DNA of 64,000 nucleotides from the human T2T-CHM13v2.0 reference genome, Homo sapiens: the NCBI RefSeq assembly GCF_009914755.1, contig NC_060925.1, one strand, 5' to 3'. Below the pieces are notes generated by a model that saw only the letters and a program-made list of their open reading frames with translations, had not been told where the DNA came from and did no database searches. Shown in pieces: positions 31,302-64,000 of this stretch (position 1 is the first letter of the stretch; the number at the start of each line of letters is the position of its first letter). The translations under genes and the position numbers were made by a program.

Positions 31302-31490
<189 letters not shown>

Positions 31491-32369
31491 TGAGCACCCT
31501 CCACACTCCAGGCCCTCTGAGGCACAGAAGATAATAAAATACCTATCCTTAGGTCACTTCATTGCTCCTTACTTCAGCATCCCCAGTTTAAAATAAAAGT
31601 CATGCTTCTTGCTGAATTGAAGTTAAGCTCTTCTTGCTGAATTGAAGTTAAGCTCTCTGTGGTAATCATTCTTGTTTCTTCTGGGACATACTCCATCAAA
31701 CATCCCTTCTCTTCTATCTTCGGTGTATTTTCACTTCAAGTCTCTTTATCAGTAAAAAGTTCAGGGTTTAGTATCTTTTTAAAAAAGGAAGAGAAGGAAG
31801 AAAGGAAGGAAGAAAGGAAAGGAAGAGGGAAAATAAGCAGGAGTAAAACTTTCCTGGACTTTCCTAGTCCTTCAAGCTAAAGACCTGCCTCTTTCCTTTC
31901 TTTCCAAATATCATGAAAGAGCTGAAGGAAAAATTTGATGGATTTGAGAATGCTACGAAAAATGCAAATTTTCTGCATGCCAAAACATTCTGCACACCCA
32001 GTTATAAGGCAAACAGAAAACTGGGAAAAAAATATTTACATGAAATATGTCATAGGGTCTATGAACTTCATACATACGAAATTCATTCAAATGCATATAA
32101 AAACACTAACATCCTAAGAGAAAAATAAAGTTAAGGAACAGGAAATTTATAGAAAAACAAATGACTGATAAATATGTAAATAATTTGTCACTATGATATT
32201 AATCAAAGAAATTCAAATAAAACCATAAGGTACTTAAAATTTTAGTTCAGCAATTTTTTGAAATGACAATGATAATTGTTGGCTGAAAAAGAATCCTCAT
32301 ACAATTGCTAGTAGCACCATCAATTTATACCTGTTTCTTAGAAAAGAGCTCAGTAATACAATCAATCAT

Positions 32370-32600
32370 CAAAATTCGCAGATTCCATATTTGCTAATTC
32401 ACTTACTCACAAAAATGTTACCCCAAAATCAGTACTTCTGGTGCTTTTGCAGTCATTTGTGAACATGCACAGAGTGGCAAAAAATGTGGGCCATTTGATG
32501 TGCACATTCCCAGCCAGGGTCAAACAAGGCGAGGCTCTGGCTTTTTATGTCAGCTTTTAGACTATAAATACATGTCCTGTTCATGGTCTAATTCATGTTT
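32370..32600 (+). mobile_element. Tigger4/MER46-like DNA transposon fragment
   Basis: gattccatatttgctaattcacttactc...catgcacagagtggcaaaaaat. Confidence 0.55.
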
Positions 32601-33194
32601 TACTCATTAGTAGAAGAGTTAAATAATGCCATCTTTATATCAGTCATCACGTTTCAAATAGAAAGTCAATTATTTCCAGTAATATCTGGAAGTTATTTTT
32701 GTTGAGGTGTTGAAGGTGAAACAATATCGTGCATGTTATTGTTAAGTTCTATTAAAAACTTCAACACTGAAGATACTGAAGATAAAGTAATTTGATATAG
32801 AAGTAATACAGAGACTTATTTTGGTGGAGCACACAGTTGTTGTAAAAGCAATGTTTTTACTAAATTAAGAAGCCGGTGGAACAAAAGTGTATTTGGAACT
32901 GGTTGTGGTCCAAACACAATTCAAACAAGCTGTGATATTTTCCCAATTGAAATAGAGACTGTCTTTGTCAACGTGTATCACTATTTTTATATACAATTTT
33001 AGAGTAACTGAATCAAAAAGCTTTGTGATAAAGCTGATGTCAAAAACAAAATAGGTTGGTGGTACACACATTTCCTCCAGCTTTTAGAATTACTTCATAA
33101 ATCATCTTAAGCATCCTACAGTGGAATAGTTTCGTGAATGTATCTTCTAAACTTTCGTTTTGTGAATGTATCTTCTAAACTTTCGTTTTGTGGG

Positions 33195-33500
<306 letters not shown>

Positions 33501-33518
33501 TAATTTGTTTAATATTTA

Positions 33519-33925
33519 GTGTATCAGACCAAATAATGGCTGTCAAAGATATATAAGTCGTAACTCCTAAAAATTGTGAACGTTACTTTATATGGCCAAA
33601 AAGGGCTTCACAGATGTGATTAAGGATCTTGAGACTGGGCAATTGTCCTATATTATCCTAGTGGACCCTAAATGCCATCACATGTGTCCTTGTTCTTATA
33701 AGGGAGACAGAGGAAAATCTGACACAAGCAGAAGAGGAGGAGGCAATGTGACCATGAGATCAGAGACTGGAGTGATATACCCATGGGTGAAGGACTGCCG
33801 CAAGCACCAGCCCTGTGCAACTGATTTCAGCCTTTTGGCCTCCGGGACTGTGAGATAATAAATTTCTGTTGTTTTAAGCCATCAAATTTGTGGTGATGTG
33901 TATGGTAGCCACAGGAAACTAATAC
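33519..33925 (+). mobile_element. MLT1 (C/D-like) solo LTR
   Basis: cagatgtgattaaggatcttgaga...aataaatttctgttgttttaagcca...ggaaactaataca. Confidence 0.8.
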
Positions 33926-35228
33926 AGTTGGAAATCTTTAATCTAGGTATTTAACAAGTGTAGCACCAAAATTTCAGGGTTTTTTGTCTCTTAAATTTCA
34001 ATTGCAATGATTGAGAAAAAGCTTGCCAACAGGAAGACATTGAAATCTGTCTCAACAAAAACAAGAACCGAACAAAGTAAATGGTGAGAGGTCAAATCAT
34101 GCATGAGATTTAACTTGAAAAATCTCCACATTTGAGAAAAATTATTTGATGAAATTCTGACTTACAATGTTGTGCAAATTTGTATTCTCTATTGGAATAG
34201 AATCACTTGAGAAGCCTCACAATTTTGCAGCATTTCAATATGGCAAATTAACCATAAATAGGAACACTTTATTTAACAAGTTCTGGGTTTTTTTTTTTTT
34301 TTTTTTTTTTTAGTCATCAAATTAAGTTAGTCTGAGTGGAAGCAAAAAGAAAATATTAAGTTATTAATACATTTCAGTACAAAAAATGGTATTGAAAGTA
34401 TCTTTCATTTAGTAGAATTTTCTCTGAGGTTTTCCGGTACATCAGCAACTGTAGAGAGACTAATTGCCCAATTAAAAATATTGTAGTCTACAGAGGAGTT
34501 CACTGAAAATATCAACATTTTACATTTATTAACCATAAAGGCAACTTAAAGAAGATTGTAGGCAGTTTTATGGAAGAAGTGAAAATATTAAGACCCTACT
34601 GGAGAGAAAACTGGTGTTTTTTGTTGTTAGAGACAAGGTCTCCCTCTGTCACCCAGGTTGGAGTGCAGTGACGTGATCATAGCTCACTGCAGCCTCCAAC
34701 TCCTGGGCTCAAGCAACCCTCCCACCTCAACCTGGAGATAATTATTTTTGAAATTAGCTTTTGAGTAGCACTATTTAGAGCACCACTAATGTGATAAAAC
34801 CAATTTTTTGGTCAATAAGTTTCAAAAATTATACAACTTGAATTATTTTATTCTTTTTTATTCTTCAAAGGCTTCAAGGTTGGATGATAAATTATATCGT
34901 TAAGTAATATAATTCTTGAAGAATTATATAGTCTCTTCTTGAAGAAAAAAAAAATGGCCTAATCCCATTTTACCTGTTTCACCCTCTTAAAATCAATTTA
35001 GCATTTAGCAATTTTGCCCACTGTCTCCAGGGAATTAGAAAGCTAACTGGGGCAGGCATTGTGCTGGGTACTTTAGATATACATAGGAACTTAGGAATAT
35101 GAGTATGAAATATGTACCCATAGCTCTGTTGTGAGGACAAGGAAACAGGTTTATAGGCCTAAAGTGGTGCCCCAAATCATAACTAGTAGGCAGCAGAGGT
35201 GGAATTTAAGTCCACTGGGTCTACCAGC

Positions 35229-35513
35229 TTTTGTTTTTATTTTCTGAGACAGTCTCACTCATTCTGTTGCCTGGGTTGCGGTGCAGTGTTATGATCATGC
35301 CTCTCTACAGCCTTGACCTCCCAGGCTCAGGCAATCCTCCTGCCTCAGCTTCCCAAGTGGCTGGGACCACAGGCATGAGCCACCATGCCCGGCTAATTTT
35401 TAAAATAATTTGTAGAGATGGGGTCTCTACAAATGGAGATGTTGCCCAGGCTGGTCTTGAACTCCTAGGCTCAAGCGATTCTCCCACCTCAGCCTCCCAA
35501 AGTGCTGGGATTA
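35229..35513 (-). mobile_element. Alu (AluJ-like)
   Basis: Diverged reverse Alu. Confidence 0.9.
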
Positions 35514-36984
35514 GCCAATCAACCAGCTTTTTCCCTGTCTTCCCTTAGCATCTAGAATATGAGCCACTCCAATTTAACCTCCATGGCCACGTCTTTCTCC
35601 TTCAGTGGTTATCTCTCATCTCCCTTCTGCCTCTTCCTTGGCCATTCTTTTCACCTTCAAATCTCACCTGTGTCTAAAAGTCTTGATATAATGAATCGCC
35701 CTGGGTTACTGATGAAAACATGCAGCTCTCATCAAGAACTCGGCTTTCTAAAGTCACTTCCTCACCTGATTAAGGCCCAATTAAGCATGCATGACCCCAA
35801 GTTCTTAAGAGAAGGCTCATCTATGACAGAGCAATGTTTGCTATAGGAGCCATATCTCATTCTCTTCTATCTCTTAACCGTAAGGACCCAGGGCTTCTCA
35901 TGCTCTGGTTCCGTAAGCTTACATTTGATGCTGAAACAACAGCGGGGATGGAACGAGCTGTTGTGGTACCTGTCTGAGCACCCTGGCCTGTGGCTGGGAG
36001 CCTAATGTTAGTCTTTTGGGGAAAGCCCTGAAAAGCAAGGTGAAATGTCAGCAGGTATCTCCAGGATGATCAGAAGATACCAATACAAGGGTCTCTCACC
36101 TACCTGGCTTGACACAGATGACCTCAGCGCTCTGCTTCTTAACATCATAAATGGCAGACGATAATTAGCAGTTTCTTTCTCCTGACCCAGATTGCATGTG
36201 GAAGCTCTACATCAATTGCTCAAAAATTAATTGCTGAGTGGCCAATTCAATAAATTTACTCCAAAAAGAAAAATAATTCACTTTACCAGTTTTAATCTCA
36301 TCTTTATAATACCACCCTTTTTCTATTATTACATTTGTCTCTCCCAGATTTCTTTCTGCTGCAAAGACCAAAAGGACACTGAGGAGGAAGAAGAGAAAAG
36401 TAAAACATAGCCATGCACAAAAGCATAATCTTGAGAATGAAATATTCTCAAAAAATTTTGTGTGTATGTATATATGTATGTATGTTTTTTCCTTCTTTTT
36501 TTTTTTGTTACCAAACTGAACCATTAAAAGAAAGAGTAAATTTGACTGGTGGCTTTCTATGAATTCCCTGCTACTTGTGTGTTGAGTTGGGTGTAGTCCC
36601 AGACCAAGCAGTTCATTCATAAATCCCAGGACTTTCCCCCTTTGAAATCTGTCTGCTCAAGAAAGCCCCTGGTCCTTCAGGTTTGCTTACAGGGATGCAT
36701 GAATTATCTTTGTCTCCATCTCTAGCATGACATTTTTGCAAGGCGTTGACCCCCATGGAGTTGATCTGGCACAAACCTGCTGGGAGTAAGTCATTCTAAG
36801 ACATGAGCACCATGATCAGCTAATACTTCACTTTCTTGTTCTTGCTCATTTCTAAGACACCTTAGAATTTCAATGAATAAAGTCACAGCAACTCCAGGAC
36901 ACTCCCCCTGTCCCTACTCTCCCTACAAGGAGTGAAGCCTAACTGAATGGCGAGCATTTACAGAGACATACTTTTTGGTTCTAA

Positions 36985-37198
36985 GTTTCTCAATCTTGGC
37001 ATTATTGACATCTTGAGCCAGAAAAGTCTTTGTTGTGGGCGGAGGGGCTCTCCTGTGCATTAACATTTAGCGGCATCTCTGGCTTCTGCCCAATTAGAGC
37101 CAGTAGCACCCCCCTCCTCTGTGATGACAACCAAACATGTCTCCAGACATTGCCAAATGTCCCCTGGGAGACAAAATTGCCCCTAGCGAAAAAACATG
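36985..37198 (+). mobile_element. MER20 (hAT-Charlie MITE)
   Basis: tttctcaatcttggcattattgacat...gtctccagacattgccaaatgtcccctggg. Confidence 0.85.
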
Positions 37199-38339
37199 GA
37201 AGTTGACTTTCGGAACAACCCTCCAACAGGGAATTCTACAAGCCTTATTTAGATTGCATCATAAAGCGGTTTCACTTCACTAACATCACACAAAGATGAC
37301 TGCCAACTCAAAGGATTCCATGATGCCCTATAATATGCTGGGATACATCAGACAGCTGTGCAAAGACTGTCTGAGGCTAGGAACTTGATCTGCCATAATC
37401 TTTATTACATAAGTCACTGTGTCTCTCGTGACCCTCAAATGACAGCCTATTTAGACTGAGAATGCCTGCTAAGGCAAAACATTCAGCACCATAGTGGATA
37501 AACTGTTTCACAACTACAGATCAGTTGCCAGTTTGGTTGTCGGGGTCCAGGCATAGCTATGCAGTCTAATTGATTTTATTTTCCAATAAAAATCTTTTTC
37601 TAAAAAAAACCAAACAGAATGTGCCAACGGAAAGCATGCTTTGTTTTAAAGCAAGCTACACAAGCATCATCGCATCGCCCTCTGAAAAACACTGGCAGAA
37701 ACAGTATTGCATGAGCTAAAAAGTAGATCCTATAGGTTCTCTATAGTTCAGTTTTTAAAGTTTGAACAGCCTTTTAATAGTGACCATTCACGCTTAAGAA
37801 ATTAGAAAAATATAAATTTCATCTTTCATCATAATGTTTCTAGAACTTTTTAAATTACGCTTTTAAATTCTATATAAAGCAACTACTTCAAACTACGACA
37901 GAGGAGTTGGTGTTAATGTGACTGATTTCCCAAGAATATTAGGGGGTAAATATCCCATTTTTTAAAATGTACCTGATAGAGTAATACTTACAGATGAGAT
38001 GTTTTAGTTAATGAGAGTTCCTCTTATGATCCTGTTATTTATTACACGAGGTAGAAGAAAAAATAGACCAAATGCCTGTTCCGACTCCCTGCATAGTAGA
38101 GGTTGGCTCTATTTTAAATACATTCCTTAGCTTTGGATTTGGGTCACCCTATTCTGCATCTCCCTATAACTGCTAATTCAAAATCCCCTAAGGTTGTTTC
38201 AAATGAATTTCTGCTGAAGAATCTCAGCACTTGAGATGATGAACAAGACTCACTTTCAGGACATCTTTCCTTTCCTTCCCATCTTCCTGCCTGCTCCCTT
38301 TATCTTTCTAACCCTTGTCCTGTAATTCTTAACCCAGTC

Positions 38340-38655
38340 TTTTTGTTGTTTTTTTTCTTTTGAGACAGGGTCTCACTCTGTCACCTAGGCTGGAGTGTAG
38401 GGGTGCAATCTTGGCTCACTGCAGCCTCAACTTCCTGGGCTCAAGGAATCCTACCACCTTAGCTTCCTGAGTAGCTGGGATTACAGGCACACACTACCAA
38501 GCCTGCCTAATTTTTGTTTTATTTTTTGTAGAGATAGGGATCTCATTATGCTGCCCAGGCTGGTCTCAAACTCCTAGGCTCAAATGATCTTTCTGCCTCA
38601 GTTTCCCAAAGCGCAGTCTCCTAAAGTCGGTGTCCCTGACCCACCATGCCTGGCC
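38340..38655 (-). mobile_element. Alu (AluJ-like) just 3' of FH
   Basis: Diverged reverse Alu. Confidence 0.9.
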
Positions 38656-38754
38656 TTGATCTGGTCCCTCTGTGGTAACAGAAACAAGGTTGGAGGGATA
38701 GGTGTGTGTTTAACACACAGGATATGTATGTCCCAATTTTCTTAACCTATTCTA

Positions 38755-38800
38755 TCACACACACACACGTGCGTGCACACACACACACACATATACACAT
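38755..38800. repeat. Interrupted (CA)n microsatellite
   Basis: cacacac...gtgcgtgcacac... Confidence 0.9.
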
Positions 38801-39025
38801 CCCCACTCAAAAGGGCTTGGTCACTGTGTCTCCAAATCAAAGGAAAATAAAAGATGGCTAAGGACATAGTTTGGGAATGAGATAATAAGATATAATCGGG
38901 CAATTTTTTAAACCACCAATAACCTCCAAAATTAAAACCCTTTAGAAATTGGTAACTTATGAAGTCACAAAGACAACATGCACAAATATCATAGATTCAA
39001 CTATAATACAAGTCAATTAACATAG

Positions 39026-39193
39026 GAGAAAATTTAAGTCTGTTTTCCTTTTTATTTTATAAATGTATTTTATTTTATACTTGTTTAATCCATCTTAGAC
39101 CTAGCACATCCTAGGGTTTTATATACTGATCAAATTGCTCTGCTAGAGATGCTTAAGTTCAATAGCAGTTTCCTTTCAAACTTATCCGTTTTT
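39026..39193 (-). repeat. Degenerate tandem copy of FH C-terminal coding sequence plus proximal 3' UTR (original at 39194-39362)
   Basis: Manual alignment at a constant offset of 167-169 bp; about 73/99 identical over the 33 coding-derived codons. Confidence 0.9.
39051..39074 (-). terminator. FH: Distal AATAAA poly(A) signals of FH (39069-39074 and 39051-39056)
   Basis: Two tttatt hexamers on + strand, both inside the duplicated 3' segment. Confidence 0.7.
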
Positions 39194-39230
39194 AAGAAAT
39201 GGGAGTCTGTTTTTTTAAATTTTATACATG

Positions 39231-39236
39231 TTTATT
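39231..39236 (-). terminator. FH: Proximal AATAAA poly(A) signal of FH
   Basis: tttatt on + strand, about 22 nt after the stop codon. Confidence 0.65.
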
Positions 39237-39257
39237 TTCATTATAAATTTATGTAAA

Positions 39258-61310
<22,053 letters not shown>

Positions 61311-63559
61311 ACTTTCTAGTAGTAGTGTGGGGTGTAAGGCCTTCGGATTCATGGGAAACTAGAAAGAAGGGAATTATGGGAAAGGAGGCTCAGGTTATTC
61401 TTGGAGCCGGTCTGATTTTTACGTGTGGCTGTTAGAAGGCGGGAGTATTAGTTGGTGAATCAGGTCGTGTTTGGTTGGTGAAATATCCTAGAAAGAAATA
61501 TTTATTGTTTTATTTATCATGTAATCACTCATTACACGTTCTTACTACTGAAATCTTTCTTCATTTCTTCCAGATTGTATCTTCTGTGTAGAAATTTTGG
61601 GAAGTGCAGCAAAGTGTAGATAATGAAATAGTAATTATTCATAATCCCACAACTGAAAAATAAGCTACTTACTTATTTCTTTTAACTTATCATTTTGAGA
61701 TCGCTACCGTTTCCTTTCTCTTCTTAGCCTATACCCTCAGAACTCTTTTTTTTTTTTTAATGTATTGTGGAAGACGTACACAATTATAGGGAACCTCGGA
61801 ATTTTTATTATTTGTATATAGTTCTCCCAGTTTTTTGCATAGCTAATTTATACATTTTCAAATTAAAGGCATATTGTTTTAATATAATAGTTGATTACAG
61901 AAAAGCAGGAATTGATATAAAATTGCATCTGAACCACAGTTTTATCTTTTCTCTTTTCTATTGCTTGGAACCAGATGACAGTAAAGAGAGAGCGATCGGA
62001 TGTTCTTAAAATCAAAAGTCCAGAACCTGCAAAGCCAAATTTATGAGTCAAACTTACAAACTTGCCAAACCTTTTGGTAACATTATGTTATTTTGTGACT
62101 TATAAATTTGACACATATTTAAAATATAAAAATTCAAATGAGATTGTAATAGTTGAACTACAATCAAAACACACTAGAAAACTGAATGCAAATTCTTTAA
62201 AACATTGCTAATAATGGAATGACGTTTTGTTTTTGTTCTCCTCCTTCCCAGCAGGTATCATTATTGTGTATATCATTATTTTGATGCATCCTTTCAGTTC
62301 TGTGTATTTTTTGCTTCATACACTAATATACAAACAATGGTTTTAATATTTTACTTTAAAGTTTTACTGTTGCATAATTGAACTCTATGCTTTTAAGATA
62401 TAGCCATGATCTTTTAAAATTAATCATATTGGATCACATGAATATGAAATATTTTATCCAGTTTCTTAATAAAGAACATTTTTCTTTGCTATTACACAAA
62501 ATTCTTTAATGAACATATGTTTATCATTTCTTCATAGATCATCTCTTTCTTCATTGTGTGGTGCCCCTCTTTATTGTTATTGTTGCTTGTCCTTTTAAAC
62601 TTTTTTTAATATTGATATTTCTCTACCAATTTCATATTGGCTATTATTTGCCTGCTGTATATTTCTCATTTTATTTTATTTTTTGTTTCATTTTTGTTTC
62701 GAGCATGTCTCTTATTTCTACCATACAGTTTAACTTTTCAAAACCCAAATTAATAGCCTTTTTATAAATAGGTTATTTTAATCCCTTTTAAAAATTACCT
62801 ATGACACATATTATGTTCTAGAATTTTTCAAAGCACTTTATATGTATTAATTCTTGGAACACTCAAAAACAACCCTATGAGATAGGTCCTATTATTATTC
62901 CTGTACATAGAAGAGAAAAATTGATGCCCAGGAACATCCACATATTTATTTGTGTGTTTTACTTCGATTTATTAGTGAAACTGATTTTCTATCTGCAGTA
63001 GTAATATGAAGTTCCATTTTTAATTATTCATTTTATTTGAAGTAAAATATTCAGTATAATATGAAGATGCTATATAAATGACTAAAATTTAGGAAATATT
63101 AACTTAGCTAATTTATTTTTATTAATTCGTAATAAAACGTACATAAAGCCTTTAATAAAGGCTAGATATCTTCATTTTAGAATGACTTATGTTATCTATT
63201 TGAAATAATGTTTTTACTTTGCTTAGAGTTTGGGTTTTTTTTTTTTAACTTTGGACTTGTCTGATAATAATATTGACCTGCTTTCTTCTTGTTGATACTT
63301 GCCTGGTTTGTTCTTGTTTGTTTTACTTTGCTTTCTGTTTAAGGTAGGGGATGTGATTGGTGTCCTGCTGAGGGACAAGGGAAAAGTGCAATGGTTTTCT
63401 CTTGCCTGTGTTCTAAATCTCAACACCTGGCTGACAAAATTGATTGCGAGGTTCAAATTGTATCAATCAAAATGTTCTCCTTATTCAAACTAAAGACTTT
63501 TGCAAATTCTAATTTAGGATACCTCCCAGCCTGGGAGATTACCAGTGGGTTTCCTAGAG

Positions 63560-64000
63560 GAAGCTTAACAGAAAATTTGCAAGATACACCCATAAAAGTC
63601 TCCCAGAAAGTAGAGCAAATATTCAAAGAGAAGGAAAATAAAAGAAGTAAATAAAATTAGAGAAACAGTTCAGTATGTCCAACATGTGAATAATGTAGGG
63701 GAAACATTAGGAAAAAATGGAATAAACCTTAAAAAAATAAATTCAGAAAAATATATTGTAGAACTAGCAGATATGAACTAGCCAGAATGAGTTATGTCAA
63801 CAAGAAATGTTAGAATACCAAGGGCAAAGAGAAGAGACTGGAATCTTTCAGAGAGAAAAATAAATAAGCAAAGGATTAGAAATCCTTAGACTTCACAACA
63901 ACAATATCGGAAGCCAGACAGCAGTTGAATGATGTCTTCAAATTGTTAACGGAAAATTATTTCCAACTTTATATTCTATACCCAGAGAAATCAAGTGTGT
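63560..64000 (+). mobile_element. Old L1 ORF1 remnant
   Basis: gaagccagacagcagttgaatgatgtcttcaaa...ttatttccaactttatattctatacccag resembles the L1 ORF1 C-terminus. Confidence 0.6.

Overview
Primate (almost certainly human) genomic DNA containing the complete 10-exon fumarate hydratase gene FH on the minus strand. The ATG is at 61137 and the TGA at 39258-39260. The exons sum to 1533 nt (510 aa plus stop), all introns are GT-AG, and there is a CpG-island/CCAAT promoter at about 60.5-61.3 kb. Positions 1-39 kb are gene-free, repeat-rich 3' flank: about 20 Alus across the window, old L1s, MaLR/THE1 solo LTRs, Tigger/hAT DNA-transposon fossils and microsatellites. I see no evidence for a wholly new multi-gene system. 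The most unusual observation is that the FH 3' UTR region is largely a decayed ~168-bp tandem copy of FH's own C-terminal coding sequence plus poly(A) signal. Other notable items are a latent 57-nt poison pseudoexon in intron 9 one substitution away from activation, a (TC)20 microsatellite acting as the exon 9 polypyrimidine tract, inverted Alu pairs bracketing exons 3-4 and 5-6, and two template-switch-like hairpins inside old Alus. Repeat family names come from recalled consensus sequences, not a RepeatMasker run; repeat boundaries are approximate unless TSDs are quoted.
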